Shown: positions 1 through 11,776, counted from the first letter of the stretch. The stretch is 64,000 nucleotides of DNA from Octopus sinensis (GCF_006345805.1 NC_043006.1:70432001-70496000), one strand, 5' to 3'. Notes: generated by a model from the sequence alone, not told the origin. Numbers and translations: made by a program.

Positions 1-1540
1 TTTGCGCTGCTTTACTGCATTCATTTAAAAGATTGTTAATGATTTTGTTTCCATTTCTAGAGATTCTGTATTTGCTCTCTGACTGAATTCTATCAATCTT
101 TATAAAATTCATTCCAATGGCTTGTTCTTGAGCAGTTAGTGATTCAGATTCATGTATTCATCAGTCAGCCATAACCAGCATTCTTTACTTCCGACATCCT
201 TGTTTTGTTGCAGGATTTGATCATGTAATTTCTTCTCTTTCCAGCTACTTACCCTATCATTCTTCACTTCATACAACATAGTCTTGTAAACCCAATATTT
301 CGGTTTTAATGGTATATTCTGCATTTAACAAGCCTCTGTCCCTTCCTTCCTTTGTAGGTGGAATCTTGTCAATTTTACTTTTAGGATAGTGCACATTGTG
401 AGAAAGGAGAAACTCTTTGGAAACTTTCTCATTACTTTTTCTATTACCCTATTGTTCTGCAGCACTGCTAGGTGCTTGTACACCTCATTTTTTCTTAGCA
501 ATTTAATATAATCTTGTCACAATCTTACACTATTAGATTTAATTTTTCAGCTTTCCTTCATAATTAAAACTGCACTCTTATTAACCCCCAAACTGCATAC
601 CAATATCCTTGTTAAATATTCTTACTGGTCAGAAAATCTAGGTATTTTTTAATTTTTTGTATATAGTTTGAGGTCATTCAAATATATAGCTGTTGATGTA
701 TTTTCACCTTCAGTTTGGCAAACTTATAAGCAGGCTTGGATTTTGTCACTATGCTTGTCAATGGGATTAACACGATGACAAAAAGCAATGGAGATAGCAA
801 GTCTCCCTGGAATATCCCCCTCCATATTTTCATGTTTCCTAATGGTTTATTTCTACATTTTAGCTATATTTCTCAAGATCACATTGCTTTTCTAAAGAAA
901 CTTAATCTTGTTCCCAAATGTCCTCAGGTACTTCAAGAGTCAACAATGTGCAACATTGTTGAAGATTTTTTTGTAGTCTATCCAATCAGCAGCTAATTTC
1001 TTCTTACTTGTTATACCTCACTTAATATCTTGCTTTCAATATAAAATAGATCAACAGCTCCCCCTGACTTCCTTCTGCATCCCTTTTGCTCCTTTGGCAA
1101 TAGATTCTCCTTCTACTGAAAATTATATAATTCATTTGTTATGAAGCCAGTTTATAATTTCCAGTGTAATGGTGAGCATGTAATAAGTCTATAATTACTG
1201 ACTTCCTGCCTCTTCCCTTTGTCCTGTATTAGCACTGTTTTTTTAAAATTTTTACTATCCATGCTGGTGTTCCATTTTCTGTACAGTCAGTAAGAAATGG
1301 CTGTACATATCTGAAGGATTTTTAAAAGTCAGATTCCCTAAACACGATTTGGTCCAGGAGTTTTCAAATTTGGTCTTTTCTTAAGTATTTCTTTCACTTT
1401 CTCATCTGTAATATTTAATATGTATATTTTCTTGTTTTGATCTATTTTCTATTTTACTTTTAAATTTTTGTAACCATTCTGCTTCATTGTTATGCTAAAC
1501 ATCTTTGCTCCAAAAACTCCAGCATCTGGCAATTGATTTT
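1..1540 (-). mobile_element. Degenerate R4/Dong-clade non-LTR retrotransposon, reverse transcriptase region
   Basis: Minus-strand translation gives RT motifs with stops/frameshifts: FWSK..HNNEAEW (~1480-1520), PNLKTPGP (~1350), ADWIDYKK (~975), GIFQGDLLSPLLFV (~790-820), LYLNDLK (~675), and C-terminal WKEKKLHDQ..KECWLWL (ORF 136-324), matching the W-K-x-K-x-L-H-G-Q pattern of R4/Dong elements. Confidence 0.8.
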
Positions 1541-1589
1541 AAGCAAGCACTCCCCATAAAGTCTTTTAGAGAGGCTTTTTGGCACTCCC

Positions 1590-2215
1590 TAAAGCTCTTC
1601 TTTTAGCCCTTCCTTTTGCAGCATGCTCTCCTTTACAGAGTGTGTTATAGAAGAGCTGCTTTAAGACGCAGTCATACAGTATGCACCTGACATATCCAGC
1701 CATCTCACTTGGGCCTTCTGCATGGTGTACAGTATTGGCTTATTAAAGCACTTTAGTGTCAGGGGGACCAGTGGATGTGTGACACACTATATATACATCT
1801 CACCTGGAAACGGTAGAGTTGTTTCACAACTCTCTTATAATCCTGGGCTTACTTGCCCAAGACTAGAATCTTGGAATACTTTGGCTTGCAGGAAGGTTGT
1901 GAGAACAATTGCACAGTAGACTAGCTTAGTTATGAAGTTGATTTACCTGCATTCTCATATATCTATTTGAAGTCTGGTGAAGGTAGTATTGGTTTTTGAG
2001 ATCCTGCTATTAATCTCTTCATAGATGTTTACTGCTCTTGAGATTATGCTGCCGATGTAGGTGAACCTGTCAACTATATGTAGTCATTATTCATTTACAG
2101 TACCCCGAGGTTCCCAGTTTCCTGGGACAAGCTACTGCTTGCTTAACATCAGTCTATGTTTACTGTGAGGTCACAGATTGTCTAGGACCTCTCCATATCA
2201 TAGTGCATCTCCTGC
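1590..2215 (-). mobile_element. Degenerate RTE-clade LINE, RT C-terminal fragment
   Basis: Minus strand reads VDRFTYIGSIISRAVNIYEEINSRISKT (~1990-2080), AQVRW (~1705) and KQLFYN (~1650), typical of the RTE/BovB RT thumb region. Confidence 0.75.
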
Positions 2216-2225
2216 TCACTATGAG

Positions 2226-2228
<3 letters not shown>

Positions 2229-2282
<54 letters not shown>
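2229..2282. repeat. (GA)n microsatellite
   Basis: Directly visible. Confidence 0.98.
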
Positions 2283-2331
2283 CAGATATAGGTCGAGAGG
2301 AAGTCCGTGAGAACAACCCCCTTTTTTTCAC

Positions 2332-2425
2332 TTAGATGGCAAGTATTGTACAATTTGCCGTCGGCACGGTACTTGATGTAGCTATCTGGGGTGCTGCTAG
2401 TGAAAGCATCGGGTGGTCAGCATTG
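2332..2425 (-). CDS. Possible terminal coding exon of an unidentified minus-strand gene (xNADHPMLSLAAPQIATSSTVPTANCTILAI*)
   Basis: Minus-strand acceptor ctctttaacatattttcag followed by a 94-nt open frame ending TAA, in non-repetitive CpG-retaining sequence. No homolog recognised. Confidence 0.25.
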
Positions 2426-3176
2426 CTGAAAATATGTTAAAGAGCGGGATGGAGTATGATGTTTATGTGTGTGTGTGTGTGTGTGTGTATGTCGAAGCTG
2501 GCAGCGTCACGTGTTGTCATGACAATATTCGTTAAGTTGACATGTGGAGGTGTGTAAATTGGTGGTGAATAAGTGAATGCATAGTTAGATATATTGATAA
2601 GTAGATGGATGATTGGATAGATAAAAGGCATGTGCGGGCTGTAGATAGTCAAATAGGTAGATAAATGTGTTGGCGCGCGCTGTGTGTAGGTGCGTGTGAT
2701 GGAAACTGGGTTAATTGACAGAGATAGATAGATAGACAGACAGATAGATAAAATGATGGAAAGAATAATAGATAAATATACAACAGAAGGACTGATATAT
2801 GCTATTATATATATATGGAAAGAGAGGTAAGCTGATAGACTGTTCGATTGGTATGTAAAGGTAAAGCTATCAGAGAGAAAGAAAGTAGATAAACACAGCA
2901 TGTCGTCTGCCATTGAGATCGGAGGACAGACGTTTTTGTGTTGTCTGTAAATCTCAACACTCTTCTATAAATTTGCCTGACATCTTTATTTTATTCAATT
3001 CACTGAGATTTCCTGTTTATCACCCGTTTTCTCTCTGCCTTTTCACTTTTTCACTGAATCGACCGACATTCTTCTTCACACATGTTTATTTATTCATCCA
3101 TCTTCTCCCCCGCCTTCCCTCCCGACATTGTCTGTAACCGCCATTTATCTCCTTTCTTCTTCCTTCCTTTTCCTCG

Positions 3177-3207
<31 letters not shown>

Positions 3208-3266
3208 AGGCATATTGTTTCCCACCACTCCACCCTCTCTTTCTCCATCTTTCCGCTTTTGCTTTG

Positions 3267-3268
3267 TG

Positions 3269-3351
<83 letters not shown>

Positions 3352-3354
3352 ATA

Positions 3355-3408
<54 letters not shown>

Positions 3409-3450
3409 CCTACCTACCTACCTACCTACCCACCTACCTACCCACCCACC
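3267..3450. repeat. (TATC)n grading into (TACC)n microsatellite within a pyrimidine-rich block
   Basis: Directly visible; explains the YLSI/IYLS ORFs. Confidence 0.97.
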
Positions 3451-4154
3451 CACCCGATTTCACTTTGGATTTCTCTCTTTCTGCTTTCGCTTTGTGTCTC
3501 TTTCCCTCTCCCCCTCTTTTTTCTATCTTTCTGTGTTTGCTTTGTCTGTCTATCTGTCTGTCTCTCTCTCGTTCTCTCTCTTTCACTATTAATATTCCTT
3601 TATCTTTCTGCTTTCACATTGTCTCTGTTTCTCTCTTTCCTTTCTCTGCTTCTCTCTCTCTCTCTTTTCTTCTCCCTTTCTATTTCACATATAAATATTC
3701 GAATCTATAGACAACAGGAAAAAGGACTCAATACAGAAAAAAGTCTAGTGAAATTATTAATTGCAATACTGAGGGATATTTCTTACTCTCTGCTATAAGT
3801 TTCGCGTGTTTTGCTCATCACATAACTCTCTCTTTCTCTTTTTCTTTCTCTTTACGCGTGTGCGTGAAGAATGATAGAAGCTGCTTAATGTGATCACTTT
3901 CTCGATAACGAATATCCTGTGTGTATTTGTATTTGGGACCCCAATAATTTCGATTATAATAACCGCTTGCTATCATTATCTGCGAATGTAACAGCAACCA
4001 GCAGCTTCCAGTGTATACAGACATACACCCTTCTATCATCACCCCACCCTGTCTGTGTCTGACCAGACTCTCTTATATCGGCCAGACATGGTGACACAGT
4101 GATATGGAGATGTCTAGCTCTTCACAGTTCTCCATTGAGTTTCTTTGTATTATT

Positions 4155-4585
4155 GTTGTATCATCATCGTCATCACCATTATCGTCATTATTAGCACTAT
4201 TATCATCGTCGTCATCATCATCGTTGTTGTTGTTGTCATCATCGGCCTCCTCCTAATCATCATCATCACTTTATTATCATCACTGTTATAAGCATCATTA
4301 TCATCTTCACCACCACCATCACTACTAGCATCATCATCACACGTACACCATCTATCACTGTTATCATCATCAGCATCTCATCACTATCATCATCACTTAT
4401 ATCATTACGACTACTACTACTACTACTACCACCATCACTAACATTACAACTATCATCATCAGTATCACCATCACCACCACCACTAGCATTACCACTATCA
4501 TCATTATCATCAGTACCACCATCACCATCACTATCATCATTACTACTACTACTACCACCACCACCACCACCATCATCATCACTCT
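4155..4585. repeat. Degenerate (CAT/CAC/TAC)n trinucleotide tract; similar tracts at 5055-5350, 12810-13025 and 59440-60010
   Basis: Directly visible; explains poly-I/T/H/M/V ORFs. Confidence 0.95.
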
Positions 4586-5420
4586 AGTCCCCCACCATTA
4601 CCATTAGCACTCCTTAAATTGACAGCTATTTTAACTGCAAGAAATTTCAGAGTTCCAGGAAAATTTGGTGGGGTTCCACTGGGAAAAACTCTTAATCATT
4701 ATCACTTTTTTTTTTTGTTGTTTTAGATTTATTTTCAAGATGTTCCATGTTTGAATTAACATAAAGTTGTTGTTAATGACATGTTGTACATGGTACCAGG
4801 GTTTTTTTTCCTGTTATATGTGGAGAAGATGAGAATGAATTAAAAGGGAGGAATATTAGGGGACAAGATTAAGAAACGGTGACTTTAAATAAACCTCAGC
4901 ACTAGAGAGTTTCTATCCTGGAAAAAAAAAAAGACCCAAGAAATAGCAGCTACATTTCTTTTAAAATGTTGGGATGATTATGGCCGGAATTCATTTCGAT
5001 CATGGGTCTGACTGCTCAGGCAAGCTGACCAGGTACTAAACTACAATGGCAATATTTTTCATCATCGTCATTATCATCATCACCATCATCATCGCTATCA
5101 TCTTCATCTTCACTATCATCATCATCACAAGCAGCACTAACATCATCATCATTACCACCACCATCATCGTCACCATCATCATCATCAACATCATCTTCAC
5201 CATCACTATCAACATTATCATTTTTACCATCACTATCATCATCATCATCACTATCATTATCACCATCATCACTATCATTAACATCATTGTCGTCATCATC
5301 TTCAGTTTTATTACTCTAACCTTTAAAGTCAACACCAATACCATCCCCACCATGGGGTGCTGTCCAAATAGCTGTGAGATAGAGACTATAGTGAAGTATA
5401 GTCTAGCTTAGCTATAAATA

Positions 5421-5797
5421 GGTACCACAGTGAGGTACAGTCTACCTAGATGTGAATGGGTACCACAGTGAGGTACTGTCTACCTGCATGTGAATGGGTA
5501 CCACAGTGAGGTACTGTCTACCTGCATGTGAATGGGTACCACAGTGAGGTACAGTCTACCTAGATGTGAATGGGTACCACAGTGAGGTACAGTCTACCTA
5601 GATGTGAATGGGTACCACAGTAAGGTACAGCCTACCTAGATGTGAATGGGTACCACAGGGAGGTACAGTCTACCTAGATGTGAATGGGTGCCGCAGTTAG
5701 GTACAGTCTACCTAGATGTGAATGGGTACTGCAGTGAGGTACAGCCTACCTATATGTGAATGGGTACCACAGTGAGGTACAGCCTACCTAGATGTGA
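5421..5797. repeat. 38-bp minisatellite, about 10 copies (GGTACCACAGTGAGGTACAGTCTACCTAGATGTGAATG)
   Basis: GGTACC recurs at 5421, 5459 and 5497 (period 38). Confidence 0.95.
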
Positions 5798-6173
5798 ATA
5801 AATATCACAACACAGTACGATTTATGGTGATTATATTATGAAATGACGGTAGTGATAAGTGTGGTTATGGTAGTGATAATAGTATAGATACTGCAGTTGA
5901 TGTAATGATGATAAGCTATCATGAAATATTTTGTTGAGGACATCTCACAGGTCATAGTGCTACCCAATCAATGATGAAAATGTATGGTAGCATCATCATC
6001 ATCATCAGCAGCAGCAGGGAGTAGACATTATGGTGTTGGGTGGTTGAAGTTGAGATTAACTAAGGAGTGAGGTCCCTCAGGTATGTCTGTATCTAATCAT
6101 CATGAGACAGCACTTGGCAAAGAATTACATCAGTCTGTTGGAAACTCACCCAAAATAAACCAATACCTTTGAG

Positions 6174-6205
<32 letters not shown>

Positions 6206-6269
6206 TGAATGTTTTCAGAGGGGACGGGGGAAGAGGAAGAATATTTTACTAATATTGTTGTTGTAGTTG

Positions 6270-6480
6270 TCATTTACTTCCAGGTAAGCACCATCATCAA
6301 GCAACACATCTGTCACCAATAATGTTCCAGCCATGACCATCCCATCTTTTCAGATACAGTGTTTCATAGACTATATTATTTGATGTGTCTTTTGCTTTTT
6401 TTTGTTATATTTTTAGGCTGTAAAGTGTGACTTGAGGGAGATTTGGTTACTATTTCCAGAAGGTCCAGTGACTGCAGAGA
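6270..6480 (+). mobile_element. Old dispersed repeat ('family G', about 200-250 bp); other decayed copies near 4870-5040(-), 27700-27900, 38500-38640, 43560-43740, 49890-50080(-), 50120-50290, 56520-56700, 60540-60615(-)
   Basis: Shared blocks ttccagc(c/t)(a/g)tgaccatcccatc and gtgtgatttgagggagatttgg.tgctatttc. Confidence 0.6.
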
Positions 6481-6774
6481 CAAGCTGATTGTCTTGTATA
6501 TCTAGTACTCTTTTACTCTTTTATTTGTTTCAGTCATTTGACTACGGCTATGCTGGAGCACTGCCTTTAAAATATATAGTGTATAGAAGGGGCTCCAATC
6601 CAAGCTGTGTCTATTTTTAAATCTTAGGTTGATGAATTACAGATAGGAGATCCCACTCATATTTTCTTTGTCTTTTTTGTCTTTTATTTTTTTACTTGTT
6701 TCAGTCATTAGACTGTGGCCATGCTGGAGCACCGCCTCAAATTTTTAGTCAAATGAATCAAAATCCAGTATTAT

Positions 6775-7050
6775 TACTCTCTTTTACTTGTTTCAGTCAT
6801 TTGGCTGTGGCCATGCTGGAGCACCGCCTTTAGTCGAGCAAATCGACCCCGGGACTTATTCTTTGTAAGCCCGGTACTTATTTTATCGGTCTCTTTTGCC
6901 GAACCGCTAAGTGACGGGGACATAAACACACCAGCATCGGTTGTCAAGCAATGCTAGGGGGACAAACACAAACATACACGCACACACACACACATATACA
7001 TATATATATATACATATATACGACGGGCTTCTTTCAGTTTCCGTCTACCA
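6775..7050 (-). mobile_element. SINE family A (tRNA-derived, octopus-type), 3' part
   Basis: Reverse complement of the consensus tail ...gcggtgctccagcatggcc.cag.caaatgactgaaacaagtaaaagag; nearly identical to the 42620-43025 copy. Confidence 0.9.
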
Positions 7051-7344
7051 AATCCACTCACATTATAATTTTTTTGTTATATTTTGTAGCTCCTATTCTG
7101 TAATGAAACATGTGTAACATGGAATTACAAATATATCAAATTTTCCAGCCTTTGTTTTAGTATCTTTGTTTTTCTATCTCGTTTGCAAGATTCTTTATGT
7201 GAATTTGTGTGTTGAAACAATTTTTGTTGTGTCTGGCAAGAGTCATACTGCCTTAATATCTTGAACTGGTGAATGTGTTAAATATAAAAGCAGCATGTCT
7301 TTCCCCAGACACAACAAAATATATATATATATGTATGTATGACT

Positions 7345-7630
7345 GATGCCAGTGCCACCTGACTGGCACCTGTGCAGGTGGCACATAAAAAGCACCATTC
7401 ATGCATGGCTGATGCCATGCTGCCTGACTGGCTCCTGTGCTGGTGGCATGTAAAAGCACCCACTACACTCACCGAGTGGTTGGCATTAGGAAAGACATCC
7501 AGCTGTAGAAACCTTGCCAAATCAGATTGGCACCTGGTGCAGCCTCCTGGCTTGGCAGTCCTCGGTCAAACCTTCCAACCCATGCCAGCATGGAAAGCGG
7601 GCATTAAGCCACAAAGATGATGATAATGAT
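7345..7630 (+). mobile_element. RTE LINE 3' UTR fragment ('family B') with (GAT)n tail
   Basis: aaagcacccactacactc..ggttggcattagga..catccagctgtagaaac..ccaacccatgccagcatggaaa + gatgat; the same sequence is contiguous with RTE coding remnant at 22730-23480. Confidence 0.85.
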
Positions 7631-7637
7631 AAGCACA

Positions 7638-7794
7638 GGAGTGGCTGTGTGGTAAGTAGGTTGCTCAACAACCACATGGTTCCAGGTTCAGTCCCACTGC
7701 ATTACACCTTGGGCAAGTGTCTTCTACGATAGCCTCGGGCCGACCAAAACCTTGTGAATGGATTTGGTAGACGGAAACTGAAAGATGCCCGTTG

Positions 7795-7855
<61 letters not shown>

Positions 7856-7874
7856 ATTTATATATATATATATT

Positions 7875-7910
<36 letters not shown>

Positions 7911-7990
7911 ATATATATTATATATATATATATGTATATGTTTGTGTGTCTATGTTTGTCCCCCCAACATTGCTTCACCTCTATGTGCCA
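7638..7990 (+). mobile_element. SINE family A with internal (TA)n expansion
   Basis: Head ggagtggctgtgtggtaag... with B-box-like ggttcagtccc. Confidence 0.9.
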
Positions 7991-8399
7991 TTTTTACCTC
8001 CACCTTTGCTAAGGTATTGTTTTTAGTCATGTTTGTTTGTTTGTTTGTCCATTGACAAGATATCTCAAAAACTGCTGGATGGATTTGGATGAAACTTTCA
8101 AGCATGTTTGGCCTCGTGACTGACATGAACTGATTAAATTGATCTAGCACCAGACAAGGATTTTGGATTATTTTTCCAGTTTATTTACTTAATTTTTGAG
8201 AGTGTTGGGTTCATTTTTAGTATTATCGTTTGTGAGAGCAGTCGAGTTTATTTCAGATATTCTCATTTAAAAAATCGTCTTTGGCTAATCGTTGAGAGGA
8301 TGTTGTTGTTGCCTTGGCAGAGGTTAACGCTTTCTGAGTGCTCTTGCTATTTTATAATATCTAGTATAATTTGTATATAGGGCAAGCATGGTTTATAGG

Positions 8400-9240
8400 C
8401 ACAGGTGTTGCTGTGTGGTTGAGAAGTTTGCCTCCCAACTTCATGGTTTTGGGTTCAATCCCACTGCATGGCATTTTGGGTGAGTGTCTTCTATTATAGC
8501 CCCAGGCCAACCCAAGTCTTGTGAGTGGATTTGGTAGATGGAAACTGTAAGAAGATATTTCATGAGTATATCTTTATAAATAAAAGTCAAGTTGTGTGTC
8601 TGTCTCCTACGATTTAGATTCCTAACTACTCCCACATTTTGCGGTGCAGTTTAACCAAAACCGGGTATTTTATAGTCGTGATTCATATCGAGCCCTTCTG
8701 GGTATTAGCGCGCGTCTACGATGAGTCTACGATTTAAAAAAAAATTTACCATCATTTTTTCCCATTTTAATGAATTTTTTCGCTATTATATAAGGGAAGT
8801 AACTCTCTAAAAATGTCTATGATGAGTCAACGATTTAAAAAAAAATTTACCATAATTTTTTTTCCATTTTTAATGCATTTTTTGCTATTATTTGGCTATA
8901 ACTCTCTAAAAATGCTTATATAGTTATTTCCCTTACAAACCCGAGCAACGCCGGGTGATACTGCTAGTATATATATATATATATGAGTGTGTATGTTTGT
9001 ATCTCCTTGTCTGAACACCATGTGATAGTTGTAAATGATTGTCACTGTCAAGCAAGCAGTGTCATTCTTTCCCAATATAGTGCAAGTACATGTTTGGCCA
9101 TGGGGTGTTATTTACCTTGCTTGGAAAAGGGTGAGGGTTGGTGACAGGAAGAGCATCCAGTCATAGGAAAATCTTTCAATAAATTCCCGCTAACCCATGT
9201 AAGCATGCAAAAGTGGATGGTAAAATAATGATGTATGCTT
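8400..9240 (+). mobile_element. SINE family A variant (head A plus RTE-like tail), interrupted by a Helitron; similar variants at 33260-33890(-) and 43800-44150(-)
   Basis: Head at 8400-8560; tail with ggttggtgacaggaagagcatccag and aacccatgtaagcatgcaaaagtggatg. Confidence 0.7.
8571..8967 (+). mobile_element. Complete non-autonomous Helitron (397 bp)
   Basis: 5' TC preceded by A (8570); 3' hairpin CCCGAGCAACGCCGGG then TGATACTGCTAG; followed by T (8968), i.e. A|T insertion with no TSD. Confidence 0.9.
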
Positions 9241-9570
9241 TTTAATATTGGCATTAGGTGAGCGGCTTTGAGGAGAGGGGGCTTGTTAATACCATCAACT
9301 CCAGTACTTGAATGGCACCTTGTTTTATGGCATTCTGTCCAGTGCTGTAACAATTCTGCCATAATAATTTCTAGCACAAACAGAGAGCCACTATTTGTAG
9401 CAAACTGGTTTAGCTGATAGTTTTTACTGATATATATTACTGGTATTTTATGAAGTGCAGAGACATGAATGGCAAATTGAAATCCATCATAATAATTCTT
9501 TCTACTATAGATTCAAAGCCTGAAATTTGAGCAGGGGGTAGTTAATTACATGGCCCCAAAGCTCAGCTGG

Positions 9571-9850
9571 TGGAGGCGCAATGGCCCAGTGGTTAGGGCA
9601 GCAGACTCGCGGTCGGATTCCCAGACTGGGTGTTGTGTGTGTTTATTGAGCGAAAACACCTAAAAGCTCCACGAGGCTCCAGCAGAGGGTGGTGGCAACC
9701 CCTGTTGTACTCTTTCGCCACAACTTTCTCTCACTCTCCCTGTTTCTTGAGTAACGCTGCGATGGACTGGCATCCCGTCCAGCTGGGAGGAACACATAAG
9801 CCACAGAAACTGGGAAACCGGGCCCATGATCCTGGCTAGGCTTGAAGAGG
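9571..9850 (+). mobile_element. SINE family D (tRNA-like head ggaggcgcaatggcccagtggttagggcagc); second copy 63089-63445, tail fragment 29490-29590
   Basis: A-box-like tggcccagtgg and shared body tttattgagcgaaaacacctaaaagctccacgaggctcc. Confidence 0.8.
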
Positions 9851-10812
9851 GTGCAGAAAAGAAGACAGCTCAGATGGTACTTATTTTATCAAGCCCCAAA
9901 AGGACAAAAAAAAAAAAAACAAAGTTGACCTTGGTGGAATTTGAACTCAGAATATAATGCAAGAAAATGCATTAAGCATGTTTTTGTCCAGTATGCTAGT
10001 AATTCTACCAGCTTGCCATCTTTTAATAATGCTGTAGTAATTATCCAAGTTATCCAGCTGTAGTTAAAGATAAGGCCATGTTGACTTTGTTACCTTCTTT
10101 TAATTGAAAACAGAATAGTTTTACATAGGAACACTGAAATCCACTGAAATTCTTGTGGTTGTTTTTTTCAAATGTGTGTTAAATTTAGTTTACTAGAACA
10201 TCTACACTCTGTGTGTGCATCCACTCACACACACATACAAATTGCTATCTTGAAGTGAGTGCTTAAAACAAAATATGTGTGTGTGTGTGTGTATTCATGT
10301 TTGTAGATATATGTGTGTTTATGTGAACTGATGTATGTACGTAACTGTGTAATTAAATCCAGCGTATGGTATTACACAGGTATCTGAGTGGGCGGATAAC
10401 AGCAATCCTCGGTGGATATGAAACAGCACACTTATATACACATACATGTATGTATGTATGTCACACACGCACATACATGGCGTGTATTTATGTGCATATG
10501 TGTTTGTATATATGAAATATATCAAGCTCTCTGGTGCCAGTGGCATGATAAAATTACCAAATACATTCCATGAAATGGTTGGTGATAGGAAGGGCAGCCA
10601 TCCATAGAAACTACACCAGAAAATGGAATGTGTGAATGATATGTGTACTCTGCAAGACACATTACAGGTTCCCTGTCTTGGAGAGCAGTAAGTCCAAATA
10701 AAAACTAATGCAGGATAGATGAGACTCTTTAATCCTCCTCACATGAAATGATATCCCTAGGGGAAATTTCGAACCTGGGTTCTCGTTCCTAAGGTATTTT
10801 TCGATGTTATTA

Positions 10813-11006
10813 GATTCCAAGATCGATTCCAGGTAGTAACCTGAATAATAACAATAATAATAACATCGAAAAATACCTTAGGAATGAGAACCCAGGTTCA
10901 AAATTTCCCCAAGACACCTGATGAAAACTGGAGGGTATATCAGCTGAAACGTTGTGTTAGCAACAAACAAGATGAAGACAAATATCCGTCAAATGTAAAT
11001 AATGTA
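10813..11006 (+). mobile_element. 5'-truncated copy of a tRNA-headed SINE carrying a hammerhead module, with inverted duplication at 10760-10812
   Basis: Matches the reverse complement of 41914-42153; arms 10760-10812 and 10858-10910 are inverted copies. Confidence 0.85.
10913..10958 (+). ncRNA. Minimal type I hammerhead ribozyme motif (Penelope-like)
   Basis: Stem I GACAC/GTGTT; core CTGATGA 10918-10924 plus extra A; stem II AACTG/CAGCT (one mismatch); GAAA 10946-10949; palindromic stem III ACGT; GUU triplet with predicted cut after 10953. Confidence 0.7.
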
Positions 11007-11039
11007 ATGTACTTCATTTCATGTTGCTCCAGTCTACTC

Positions 11040-11215
11040 AGTGTAGCTTAGTGGTTAGGGATGTTGGACTCATGATTGTAAGATTGTGGTTTCAATTCCT
11101 GGACCAGATAACGCGTTGTGTTCTTGAGCCCTTATGAGTTGACATGACTTAAAAAGGTACCTTCATTTTACATTGCTCCAGTCTACTCAGCTGGCAAAAA
11201 TGAGTAACCCTACAT
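11040..11215 (+). mobile_element. SINE family E (tRNA-like head tagcttagtggttaggg); other copies 15375-15665(-), 17955-18245(-), 50400-50525(+)
   Basis: A/B-box-like head; shared cttcatttcacgttgctccagtc.actcag. Confidence 0.75.
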
Positions 11216-11355
11216 CCTGTCAAGGTGGGGAACTTATACACTGTGGAAATTGGGGAACTGGTGCTTAGAAGTTGGCATGTCTTGAGAAAGTAACTTTACC
11301 TTTACCTGTCCCTAGTTCTAGTGATTTGATAAAATACAAGAGTGATACACACAGC

Positions 11356-11776
11356 TAGTGCTGGATTAACCATTAAGCAAAATAAGCTCATGCTTAGGGC
11401 ATCAAGGGAAGGAGGGGACACCACAGAAATGGCAAATGGTTTACGGCACAAAAGAAATCACTTTAAACTTACTAAAATAATATTCAGGATGCCTTTATCT
11501 CTACTAATTATAGATGCAGATGTGTTACCTAAGATTAATTTTGAGGATCTGATCAAAGACTTTGCAATTCAAAAAAGTAGGAGGAAACTTTTCTAATATA
11601 AATAAAATGGAAGTATACAAAAATAAACATTATTTTCCCTCCAACGGTTTTGTTTTGAAAAATGAAAATTCATTTTATGGTTTGTTATTGTTTATATTTA
11701 GAATTACATAATCTTTTATGGGGGCACCAAAATCTTTCAAGTGCTTAGGGCCTCAATGGGTCTTAATCCGGCCCTG
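11356..11776 (+). mobile_element. hAT transposon internal-deletion derivative (421 bp)
   Basis: TIRs TAGTGCTGGATTAA / revcomp CAGGGCCGGATTAA; 8-bp TSD CACACAGC at 11348-11355 and 11777-11784; retains transposase C-terminus ..LSLLIIDADVLPKINFEDLIKDFAIQKSRRKLF*. Confidence 0.88.

Noticed and set aside
5421-5797. CRISPR-like appearance of the 38-bp array and of the MITE-spacer array at 53062-53767
   Set aside because: Eukaryotic context, no unique spacers of CRISPR length, and no cas genes.
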